A DNA stretch of 64,000 nt, from positions 82,276 through 146,275 of the forward strand of contig NW_021832828.1 in the NCBI RefSeq assembly GCF_006345805.1, read 5' to 3'. Under the pieces are notes generated by a model, which made no database searches, was not told the origin of the DNA, and was given only the letters and a program-made list of their open reading frames with translations. Shown piece after piece: positions 58,101-64,000 of the stretch; the stretch's first letter is position 1; each line of letters begins with the position of its first letter. The stretch is from Octopus sinensis (taxonomy: Eukaryota). Position numbers and translations under genes: made by a program.

Positions 58101-59167
58101 CATTCTATCTTGGTACTGTAATGATTTTGCTGCATGGGTCAGACAGAGGTCTGACCCATACAAGCATAGAAATGGCAGACATTAAGATGATGTTAGTTAT
58201 TAGAGAACTGATTTCTAATTACTTTTGCTCGGACGTGTGTACATGTGTGTGTGCTTCAAAATTAATGAAATATTTACTTGGGATTTGGCGCAAAGAAAAT
58301 TTTGGGAATCACTGCTGTAGGTGTTTGTTTTGGCTTGCTAGAAAAAGGGACTAAATTCCCTCAAATTCCATCCTGTTGTCTTGAAAAATGGAAGGTACAC
58401 TGTATAGTGTAGTTATAATTTTGTATATAAAAAAAATGATGGGACGGCCATATATTGTTGTCTGATGACAATCAAATCTCACTTTAGGCTGAACAATAAC
58501 AATGTGGATCAGTCAGTTCTTGTTAAGTAGTTGGTGTTATTTATGGAAAGGACATAAATTCCATGTAATTACAATTATTATAATAGCTACATCTTAGGCC
58601 AGACGTGGTTATACATTTTGTCTTCTAATTTAGCTAGCTTTGCACATGAGTAATTCCCCTTGAGTTATATTGGTTCAGTACGAAAGTTCTATTACTTGGC
58701 AGAATCGTTAGCACGTCGGGCAAAATGTTTATCAGTATTTCGTCTGTTTTTACATTGTGTTCAGATTCTGCTGAGGTCGGCTGTGCCTTTCATCCTTTTG
58801 GGGTCGATATACTAGTCGAACACTGGTGTCGATGTAATCGATTTACCTTCTCCTGCTGGCTTTGTGCCAAAATTTCAGACCATTATTTAAACTGATGGTA
58901 TCAATACTGATATGTTTGTTAATTAATTTATCGCCTTGGTAAGAATTTTGATGAAATAACGACAAACAAGCTAATTAATTAAATAAAAGATCCTTAAAAC
59001 AACACCCCCTCAAAAAAAAAGAAAAAAATTTTTTAACCAATTATTATTTTTTTGGGTTTTCTCTTTCAGGGAACTTATTGCAGAGTTTATTTGGTGCTGA
59101 AGATGATCGTGAACAAGATTCTGCCATGGGAAGCAGTACTGAAGTGACAGCTGAAGAACTGGACTGA
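3774..59167 (+). CDS. GET4: GET4 / TRC35 (Golgi to ER traffic protein 4 homolog), 9 coding exons, 314 aa
   Basis: join(3774..3877,36978..37056,45205..45286,48608..48763,50735..50873,52813..52953,53475..53550,57426..57495,59070..59167) = 945 nt, in phase throughout, all GT-AG. Hallmark motifs: [88 protein letters not shown], and a C-terminal EELD. Confidence 0.97.
5170..5401. promoter_or_regulatory. promoter-like motif cluster in GET4 intron 1
   Basis: CpG-retaining unique DNA with a YY1-like gccatgtc (5188-5195), ETS-like acttccgg (5209-5216) and accggaag (5372-5379). Confidence 0.3.
5960..6922 (+). mobile_element. RTE 3' UTR (pyrimidine-rich subtype) plus shared tail
   Basis: CT-rich tract followed by gtcttgcgaactacttactgacc...taggaagggcatccagcc...tgacgatgat, the same layout as 54480-55712. 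Confidence 0.55.
7183..7625. mobile_element. hAT-type MITE interrupted by (TA)n and a Penelope-like fragment
   Basis: TIRs cagtggttcccaacct / aagttgggggccactg; imperfect 8-bp TSD ttctgtac/ttctatcc. Confidence 0.6.
7300..7495 (+). mobile_element. Penelope-like element terminal fragment with minimal hammerhead motif
   Basis: gttt-CTGACGA-agatccccgctc-GAAAcgtt-aaac at 7374-7408. Flanked by (TA)n; reverse-complement copy at 21037-21235. Confidence 0.65.
10153..10205. repeat. (CA)n microsatellite
   Basis: Direct observation. Confidence 0.95.
10660..10860 (+). mobile_element. RTE 3' tail copy
   Basis: gtgccacataaaaagcac...ggaagggcatccagctgtagaaa...ccagcatggaaaacagacattaaa...gatgat. Confidence 0.7.
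11759..11967. mobile_element. piggyBac-type (TTAA) MITE
   Basis: TTAA|ccctttag ... ctaatggg|TTAA. Related copies at 28679-28886, 37089-37283, 40086-40305 and 52398-52624. Confidence 0.75.
12056..12091. repeat. (TA)n microsatellite abutting the retrozyme array
   Basis: Direct observation. Confidence 0.9.
12214..12320 (-). ncRNA. type I hammerhead ribozyme, copy 1
   Basis: Minus strand: AUUUCUUA (stem I) CUGAAGA A-UCUG..[extended stem II]..CAGA-C GAA ACGG-UGCA-UCGU (stem III) A^ UAAGAAAU (stem I'). Predicted cleavage between + coordinates 12222 and 12221. Confidence 0.85.
12705..12811 (-). ncRNA. type I hammerhead ribozyme, copy 2
   Basis: Same core as copy 1; cleavage at 12713|12712. A 2-nt deletion affects the distal stem I (tagccaagtc vs tagccacaagtc). 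Confidence 0.85.
13195..13301 (-). ncRNA. type I hammerhead ribozyme, copy 3
   Basis: Same core; cleavage at 13203|13202. Confidence 0.85.
13685..13791 (-). ncRNA. type I hammerhead ribozyme, copy 4
   Basis: Same core; cleavage at 13693|13692. Confidence 0.85.
14177..14283 (-). ncRNA. type I hammerhead ribozyme, copy 5
   Basis: Same core; cleavage at 14185|14184. A sixth copy at 14668-14698 retains only the GAAA, stem III and cleavage half. Confidence 0.85.
14696..14815. repeat. perfect 120-bp palindrome: 29-bp SINE head inverted around (TA)31
   Basis: gctacttaccacacagccactcctgcacc (14696-14724) + (TA)n (14725-14786) + ggtgcaggagtggctgtgtggtaagtagc (14787-14815). Confidence 0.9.
14787..15183 (+). 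mobile_element. tRNA-derived SINE, family A, near full length
   Basis: A box tggctgtgtggt, B-box-like gggtccagttcc, core ggcaccttggacaaatgtcttctactatagc, internal (TA/TG)n, and tail ctccagcatggctgcaatcaaatgactgaaac. Confidence 0.85.
15807..17109 (-). mobile_element. degenerate non-autonomous Helitron (ends recognisable; may be two fragments)
   Basis: Minus-strand 5' end TCTTATATATAAG...CTGTCTG...TCTTCACGAAACTTTGCATACATG at ~17109. The 3' end gcccaacaacaacggcctattcagCTAG|T is at 15807. Confidence 0.5.
18615..18920 (-). mobile_element. tRNA-derived SINE, family A
   Basis: Reverse complement of the 14787 family (ttctttcagtttccatctaccaaatccactcacaaggc). Confidence 0.8.
19268..19592 (-). mobile_element. 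tRNA-derived SINE, family C
   Basis: Reverse complement of 22556-22865 (gtgaactggagcaacatgaaataaagtgtcttg; ctctaaccaccaagccatgtg). Confidence 0.7.
20009..20553 (+). mobile_element. 5'-truncated RTE LINE (second family) with 12-bp TSD
   Basis: [36 protein letters not shown]...RWFGHACRR...GGQLKTW...DRRVW. Tail caagtacaag; TSD taggaagggtat at 19997-20008 and 20554-20565. Confidence 0.85.
21037..21235 (-). mobile_element. Penelope-like element terminal fragment with minimal hammerhead motif
   Basis: Minus strand gttt-CTGATGA-a-gagc-tcc-gctc-GAAAcatt-aaac at 21170->21136; reverse complement of 7300-7495. Confidence 0.65.
22556..22865 (+). mobile_element. tRNA-derived SINE, family C
   Basis: A box tggctcagtggtt, B-box-like agtttgattcc, followed by gctccagttcactcagctgtaaaaatgag. 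Confidence 0.7.
23635..24026 (+). mobile_element. tRNA-derived SINE, family A, young full-length copy inserted at (TA)n
   Basis: caggagtggctgtgtggtaag...gggttcagtccc...aaatgactgaaacaagtaaaagagtaaaa. Confidence 0.9.
25005..25215 (+). mobile_element. tRNA-derived SINE, family B (Deu/Nin-like central domain)
   Basis: gagctggcagaattg head; gtcgactttgcctttcatccttttggggttgatgaaataattacc domain. Confidence 0.75.
28679..28886. mobile_element. piggyBac-type (TTAA) MITE
   Basis: TTAA|ccttttaac ... gttaaaggg|TTAA; same family as 11759. Confidence 0.7.
30057..32897 (+). mobile_element. 5'-truncated RTE LINE: disabled ORF2 (RT with inserted PHD finger), 3' UTR minisatellite and (TGA)n tail
   Basis: RT motifs [71 protein letters not shown]. 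Disablements: TGA at 31089-91, TAA at 31446-48, a frameshift near 31500 and an apparent short deletion near 32085. ORF end ~32187. Confidence 0.95.
32416..32735 (+). repeat. five ~62-bp GC-rich tandem units in the RTE 3' UTR
   Basis: Units at 32416, 32483, 32545, 32607 and 32669, consensus accatccgttcgtggccgttgccagcctcgcctggcccccgtgccggtggcacgtaaaaagc. Confidence 0.9.
33329..34145. mobile_element. internally deleted mariner-like element hosting a MITE
   Basis: TA|cgaggggtgtatgaaaa left end; tttcatacatcccg right-end remnant at 34132-34145. Confidence 0.45.
33396..34117. mobile_element. long-TIR MITE (722 bp) with 8-bp TSD, Merlin-like (alternatively MULE/hAT)
   Basis: ~250-bp near-perfect TIRs beginning GGATCTTTTCCTTTTGAACGGCAG; exact TSD caaggctc at 33388-33395 and 34118-34125. 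Confidence 0.85.
35372..35685 (+). mobile_element. young tRNA-derived SINE with V/Meta-like domain, inserted into a family A SINE
   Basis: A box tagcctagtggtt, B box ggtttcgaatc, gcgatggaccggtgtctcgtccagg domain, (AAAC)n tail; TSD atttgttcccat at 35360-35371 and 35686-35697. Confidence 0.8.
35930..36211. mobile_element. hAT-type MITE
   Basis: TIRs cagtggttctcaac / gttgagaaccactg; TSD gtttaaag/gtttagag. Confidence 0.8.
36978..37056 (+). CDS. GET4: GET4 coding exon 2
   Basis: ttccacag|A TAC AAT...CGT CAG|gtttgt; (R)[26 protein letters not shown]; 79 nt. Confidence 0.93.
37089..37283. mobile_element. piggyBac-type (TTAA) MITE, 32 nt downstream of exon 2
   Basis: TTAA|ccctttaa ... ctaaagag|TTAA. 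Confidence 0.7.
37476..37706 (-). mobile_element. tRNA-derived SINE, family B, young copy
   Basis: Reverse complement of 43937-44156; flanking direct repeat atccttatata. Confidence 0.85.
38160..38440 (-). mobile_element. maT (DD37D) Tc1/mariner transposase fossil
   Basis: [47 protein letters not shown]...PP*SP(fs)[16 protein letters not shown]. The second-to-third D spacing is consistent with 37 after allowing the frameshift. Confidence 0.7.
40790..41246 (+). mobile_element. RTE 3' UTR fragment (minisatellite subtype) plus (TGA)n tail
   Basis: ggtggcacataaaaagcaccaatccgatcgtggccgttgccagcc units and the same terminal ~170 bp as 32735-32897. Confidence 0.8.
41739..42235 (-). mobile_element. 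Tc1-like transposon 3' half (DD36E-like catalytic region) with terminal TIR
   Basis: TA|caggggttggacaaaataattgg TIR; [47 protein letters not shown]; C-terminus ...KRGPTLY*. Confidence 0.85.
42415..42630 (-). mobile_element. tRNA-derived SINE, family B
   Basis: caaattttgacacaaggccagcaatttc...gaaaggttgaaaagcatagtcgacc...gccagcttgcc. Confidence 0.75.
42660..43050 (+). mobile_element. tRNA-derived SINE, family A, young full-length copy
   Basis: Near-identical to 23635-24026. Confidence 0.9.
43937..44156 (+). mobile_element. tRNA-derived SINE, family B, young copy
   Basis: ggtggcgagctagcagaaacattagc...gtcgactttgcctttcatcctttcgggatcgat...ttagccccttgtggg. Confidence 0.85.
44814..45175 (+). mobile_element. 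non-autonomous Helitron (~360 bp)
   Basis: A|TC..TATATATAAACGGCAAAATG...(tg)n 5' end; 3' hairpin cactatgaccc-agcgttgcc-gggtcatagtg followed by CTAG|T. Confidence 0.8.
45205..45286 (+). CDS. GET4: GET4 coding exon 3
   Basis: tttcag|CAA ACA...CCA GTT A|gtaagt; [27 protein letters not shown]; 82 nt. Confidence 0.9.
45699..45935. mobile_element. hAT-type MITE
   Basis: Ends cagtgattc / gagaaacactg; TSD cattaaat/cattagat. Confidence 0.65.
46077..46162. repeat. (CA)n microsatellite
   Basis: Direct observation, about 43 units. Confidence 0.95.
47011..47118. repeat. fold-back inverted repeat (36-bp perfect arms, ~49 bp imperfect)
   Basis: 47023-47058 is the exact reverse complement of 47069-47104; 10-nt spacer. 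Confidence 0.9.
48608..48763 (+). CDS. GET4: GET4 coding exon 4
   Basis: ttcag|AT AAA...TGG ACA G|gtaaat; (N)[51 protein letters not shown]; 156 nt. Confidence 0.95.
48877..48975. repeat. 99-bp near-perfect palindrome
   Basis: 48-bp arms with two mismatches and a 3-nt loop (tat). Confidence 0.9.
50735..50873 (+). CDS. GET4: GET4 coding exon 5
   Basis: ttacag|AA AAG...TTG CA|gtgagt; (E)[45 protein letters not shown](Q); 139 nt. Confidence 0.97.
51780..52350 (+). mobile_element. old RTE LINE 3' remnant (third family)
   Basis: Degenerate [13 protein letters not shown]...EMQF...[11 protein letters not shown]...RM...RRP.GR.RT.W motifs. Confidence 0.6.
52398..52624. mobile_element. piggyBac-type (TTAA) MITE
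   Basis: TTAA|ccctttaa ... ctaaaggg|TTAA. Confidence 0.75.
52813..52953 (+). CDS. GET4: GET4 coding exon 6
   Basis: ttttcag|G TTC...GAC AC|gtaagt; [46 protein letters not shown](T); 141 nt. Confidence 0.97.
53475..53550 (+). CDS. GET4: GET4 coding exon 7
   Basis: ttgcag|A GGA AAA...AAG GAG|gtatgt; [25 protein letters not shown]; 76 nt. Confidence 0.96.
53745..55712 (+). mobile_element. older RTE LINE copy (PHD family) with pyrimidine-rich 3' UTR and (TGA)n tail
   Basis: [36 protein letters not shown]...[13 protein letters not shown]...WFGHV...GRGRPRK. CT-rich UTR ~54480-55340; shared terminal tail to 55712. Confidence 0.85.
57426..57495 (+). CDS. GET4: GET4 coding exon 8
   Basis: ctcag|TAT CTT...CTT G|gtaagt; [23 protein letters not shown]; 70 nt. 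Confidence 0.97.
58695..58885 (+). mobile_element. tRNA-derived SINE, family B, in intron 8
   Basis: tggcagaatcgttagcacgtcgggcaaaatg...gtgcctttcatccttttggggtcgat. Confidence 0.75.
59070..59167 (+). CDS. GET4: GET4 coding exon 9 (terminal)
   Basis: tttcag|GG AAC...GAC TGA; (G)[31 protein letters not shown]; 98 nt. Confidence 0.95.
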
Positions 59168-59448
59168 GACCTCCTCTCACCCACAATCTTCCTTTCCCTC
59201 CTCCTTCCCCTCCTCTCCACATTGTTTTCAAAACTATTTCTCTTAACTACTAACTTTAATAATCTTTTTGATGGCAATTTTATGCCATTGTACCCCCTCC
59301 TCCCTTTGATTTTTTTTTGTTTTTGACAAAATTCTGCCACATTCTTCTTTCTCTCCCTCCCTTGTCCTTCACACTTTCTCTACAGTCTCTCCTTTCTCTT
59401 CCTTTCCTACTCTCCCTCCCTCTCCCGTTCTCCTCCATTGCCTCTTGT

Positions 59449-59462
59449 AATAAATAAATAAA
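59449..59462 (+). terminator. GET4: candidate GET4 polyadenylation signal (three overlapping AATAAA)
   Basis: aataaataaataaa about 280 nt after the stop. It could equally be a (TAAA)n microsatellite. Confidence 0.35.
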
Positions 59463-59754
59463 TACTTAAAAGGATTAAACCAATGGCTTCACAGATGAGA
59501 AAAAGACATCAGCATGGCCACAGCCCCTTGTTGAAGCCAGTAAAAGTAAAATGCAAGACCTTTCCCCTCCAATTTTCCAACAGGCAGAAGATAATAAAAA
59601 AACAAAACAAAAAAAAACTTTAATAATACAAGGAAAAAAACAAAAAAACAAAACAAAGAAAAATGAAATTTGAAATTCTTAAAACAAACCTCTTTTAATC
59701 TTTTTTTTTCTTTTCTTTGTCTTACTCTGCATCCGTATTATTTATGTTTTAAGT

Positions 59755-60683
59755 AAGGCTGCAAGCGGATAGAATTGTTTTGGGCAGTGGGGAAAAAAAA
59801 ATGCCTTGCATTATTTGTTCTGGCTCTTTACATTTTTAATTTCAAATCCTACCCAGGTTAACTTTGCCTTTCATCCCTTCAGGGTCGATAAAATATAGCA
59901 CCAGCTGAGTAGTGGTGTTGATAATCAATTAGTCCCTTTCTCTCCTTTTCAAAATTCTTGGCCTTATGCCCAAATTAAAAGTAATTACTATGAAAGGTGA
60001 TGAGCTGGTACAATCATTAGAGTCTTGGTTAAAAAGAAAAATGACTTACCCATTTTTTTTTATTTGACTCTTTATGTTTGAAGTTCAGATCTTGCTGAGT
60101 TCAGTTTTGCCTTTCATCTCTCTGGGGTCAATAAAACATAGCACTAGTTAAGTACTGGGGTTGATGGTATTGACAAAGCCCCCTTCTCTCAAAATTGCTG
60201 GCCTTGTGCCTATTGTAGAAACAGTTATTGTTATTACTAGAGTGATTGAGGTGGTGAGCTGGCAGAATTGTTAGCACACTGGGCGAGATGCTTAGCAGCA
60301 TTCTGTCTTTATGTTCTGAGTTCAAATTCTGCCTAGGTTGACTTTGCCTTTCATCCTTTTAGGGTTGATAAAATAAGTATCATTGAGCACTGGGGGTTGA
60401 TGCAATCAACTTATTCCTCCCTGAAAATGCTGGCCTTGTGCCAAAATTTGAAACCATTATTACTAAAGTGATGGATTGGTAGAATGTTCAGAAAAAAGGC
60501 CATATGGTATTTCTGGCTTTTTACATTCTGAGTTCAAATCTCACTGAGATCAACTTCGCCTTTCATCCCACTGGGGTCACTAAAATAAAGTTATCAGCCA
60601 AATACTGGAGTTGGTTTTATCAAATCCTCCTCCCTTCCCACAAAATTGCTGGTGTTGTATTTAAATCAGAAGCTATTATTAAT
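59755..60683 (+). mobile_element. four head-to-tail family B SINEs
   Basis: Copies at ~59755-59990, 59993-60238, 60249-60462 and 60464-60683, each ending in an (att)n-like tail followed directly by the next head. Confidence 0.75.
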
Positions 60684-61043
60684 GAATTTTAGTTAAATAC
60701 CTCCTTTAATTTGGTAATCCCTTCACTGAAATTTCATTTTATTTATTTTATTTTTTTGATTGCTTTTTGTTGTCATTTATTTATTTTTTGTTTTAAAAAT
60801 ATTTAAAAATTTCTAAAAGTCCCCTTCCCCCTTGTGGAATTATTTTTGTCGTTGCTCTGCTCGACTTTAAAGTTGTGGAACTTGTTTTTATTTAATTGTT
60901 AAATTTTTTCTTAATTTTTATTTATAGTTAAAATTTTTTTATTTATCTTATAACAGTACCCCTCCTCATACTGAATCATTCATCTAACACATTTACTATA
61001 TACCTTTAGTATATATTATATTATATACACACATATACACACG

Positions 61044-61091
<48 letters not shown>

Positions 61092-61969
61092 TTTCTTAAA
61101 AAGCCCTCCCAGAAGATCTAGCTCTTCCTTTTTCTCTCTTTTTCTTTCTCTCCTTCCCCAATTCGTATTCTTTGTCTTAAAAAAAGTATTTCTTTTAGAA
61201 ACACAGTTTTGAATTTTCATTTATTAACATAACTGTTTCCAGAAAAAAGCAAAACAAACAAATAAAGCAAAAACAACAACAGCATATTACGACTTGCCCC
61301 ATGTTTGGCTTAGAAACTCTGAGACTTGTTGTTGAAAGAATTTTTCTCTCTCTCATTTACATATCCTTATAAATATTACACACGCACACACACAGACTCA
61401 CACATACACATACCTACAATATACTTGTGAAGTAAATAAGAAAAAAAAACATAGAAATAAACATGGAAGACTAAATGGAATTGAGTGTCTAAAAATATTT
61501 ACTTCGTTTTATTCCAAACATTTTGTCTTCAACTTGTTAATGAATCTTAATCTTTTCATCAATTGTTCATTTTCGTTTTAATATATCCATCTCAGTTTGT
61601 TTGGGAGATTTAGCACTAAATGTTCAATATTATATATATATATTATATATATATATTATATATATATATTATATATATATATTATATATATATATATATA
61701 TAATATGATATAATAATGAACGGAAACAACTTGTTGAGGACATGACAATCCATCTAGTGCTGGTGCCATGACAAAGTGCACTCAGTATGTCATTCTGTTA
61801 GGCGGTTGGTGTTAAGAAGGGCATCCAGCTGTAGAGACCATACCAAGAGGAACGGACAAAGAGATGTTCCTGAACCAATCTGGGATGGCAATTCCACCAA
61901 ACATATGAGCTGACTCAGACTGAGCATGACGACTCAGCATGGAAAAATGGTCATAAAATAGCACACACA

Positions 61970-62016
<47 letters not shown>

Positions 62017-62719
62017 TGCATACTGTGTTTTCTGGCATACAAATCAAATTTTTCAGACAAAAATTTATGGTTGAAAAAATGGTGCCTGCAGAGAAAAATC
62101 TGTGGTGGAATGCTTATTCAGGAGAAAGGGGGTCGAATTATATGATGAATGTATACGTAAACATTGACTTTTTTTTTTCTTTGACTGAAACATCTACCTC
62201 GACTTAATATTATGTGGACTTGTATGTTGGAAAATATGGTACAGATGAGTACGTGTGTGTATGTATATTTGTTGTCTGTGTATGCATATATATATACATG
62301 TGTGTGCATGTGTGTATATATATAAACACATATAGTTCTGTGTGTGTATTTATATATATAATGTGTAAATGCAGTAACTTGAGGAATGGTATACAGTCAG
62401 CTTAATAAACTTATTAGTGTATTATACTCTAATTTTTGTATTGAGTATTTTTTGCCATCTTTTAATTTCTTCTCTTTACAAGCAAGATCTGTTGTGTGAC
62501 TCTGTGTGTATGTGTGTGTGTGTGCATGAATGCTCAATGTATGTGTACTTCTCTTTTCTGCATGGAAACCTGCAAGTGCTTGTGTATTTGTATATGTACA
62601 CATATGTGTATGTGTTCATTCAGAATGGAAGAAACACATGCATGTATATATGAGCATCCATGCACATACACAAAGACTCAGTCATGCAAACGAATGTTAA
62701 TATTTATATTTTATTAAGG

Positions 62720-62935
62720 CTGAACGAGATGGCAGAATCATTACCACTTCGGGCAAAATGCTTGGCGGCATTTCGACATCTTTATGTTATAAGTGTAAAT
62801 GCTGCCAAAATCGATTTTGCCTTTCATCCTTTTGGGGTCGATAAAACAAGTAGCAATTGAGCATTGGGGTCAACGTAATCAACTTACTCCTAACCAAAGA
62901 AATTGCTGGGTGTGTGCTAACATTTGAAATCAATA
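62720..62935 (+). mobile_element. tRNA-derived SINE, family B
   Basis: gagatggcagaatcatt...tcgattttgcctttcatccttttggggtcgataaaa. Confidence 0.75.
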
Positions 62936-63042
62936 TTTATATCTTACTTTTCGGTTACAGAGACAGAATTATAACTGTTATTCCTTATAACTGACACTGT
63001 TTTATGGATCTTGCAGTGTGGCATGTGTGCATGTATGTGCTC

Positions 63043-63094
<52 letters not shown>

Positions 63095-63200
63095 ATATAT
63101 CATCATTATCGTTTAACGTCCGTTTTCCACGTTGGCATGGGTTGGACGGTATATATATATATATATATAGATGTATGTACATACACGTATGTATATATGC

Positions 63201-63233
<33 letters not shown>

Positions 63234-63887
63234 CACGTATAGATGTAAGTATGTACATACACGTATATATATAAATATATATAATTATATATGATTGAAC
63301 GCCATGCATCCTCTTCCAAGTAAGTTTTATCTTAATTCTGATGCGCACTTTATACGATCTTTTTACTCTTTCATTTTTCTCTCGCTTATTCTTTTACCTC
63401 CTCTTCTCCCACTATCCTATCCTATTACTCTGTCACTCTCCCTCACTCCTCCTCCATTGCTCACGTGACCACCGGTTATCTTTTTTCTAGTGTTTCTCTC
63501 CGTTGTAGCTGGAACAAGAAAGACGTGTTTTTGTCTGTCTCCTGTCCAAGCTGATTTATGCGTTCGCCACCACAACCTCGTTTGGGCTTAGTAGTACTTC
63601 CTGTTTGTTTTCACTGTACTGTTTGTGTTACCAATTTTAACCCTCCGCAAAATCCCAAATTTATTTAATTTGCTTTGCAGGAGCAGCTGTTTTATCGAAA
63701 GCGTATATTGTTAAATGCTCGAAATACGAGAGTAGAAAAACAGCCAACAACTGATGAAAGGTCGTTCTTTATGTTGTTTGTCTTGTTTTTCATTTGTCTT
63801 TCGTTGTTCGAAAAAATAGTTCATATTCCATATACTTCGTATTTTTTTTATTGTACACGTTTCATGACATCCTGTGCCCACATAGGC

Positions 63888-63930
<43 letters not shown>

Positions 63931-64000
63931 ATAGATGTATGTACATATACGTATGTATATATGCATATATATCCTCGTCCGTTATCTCCCTGACCACTGT

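Noticed and set aside
63165-63970. Segment bracketed by similar (TA/TG)-rich direct repeats suggesting an LTR-like element
   Set aside because: The repeats are low-complexity, with no TG..CA ends, PBS or coding remnant. It is probably an unclassified repeat within a microsatellite.

Overview
AT-rich, microsatellite- and SINE-laden metazoan DNA. The SINE/LINE repertoire looks like an octopus (coleoid cephalopod) genome; this is recognition from repeat content, not a database result. One protein-coding gene is reconstructed: GET4/TRC35 on the + strand, 9 coding exons from 3774 to 59167, all GT-AG, 945 nt, 314 aa, with a 33.1-kb first intron. The rest is mostly mobile DNA: several tRNA-derived SINE families, RTE LINE copies (one family has a PHD finger inside the RT), a Tx1/L1 fragment, Tc1 and maT fossils, hAT-, piggyBac- and Merlin-type MITEs, non-autonomous Helitrons and Penelope-like fragments. 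The main discovery is a 5.3-copy tandem array of a ~491-bp unit at 12091-14698 in GET4 intron 1. On the minus strand each full unit folds into a complete type I hammerhead ribozyme (CUGAAGA...GAAA, GUA cleavage triplet, 8-bp stem I, UGCA-capped stem III). It has an unusually long 68-nt stem II domain and an A.C pair at 10.1/11.1. The rest of the monomer is also structured, with minus-strand-specific G.U pairs. This is the architecture of an animal non-LTR retrozyme that would make a ~491-nt circular RNA. All folding and alignments were done by eye and need computational and experimental confirmation.
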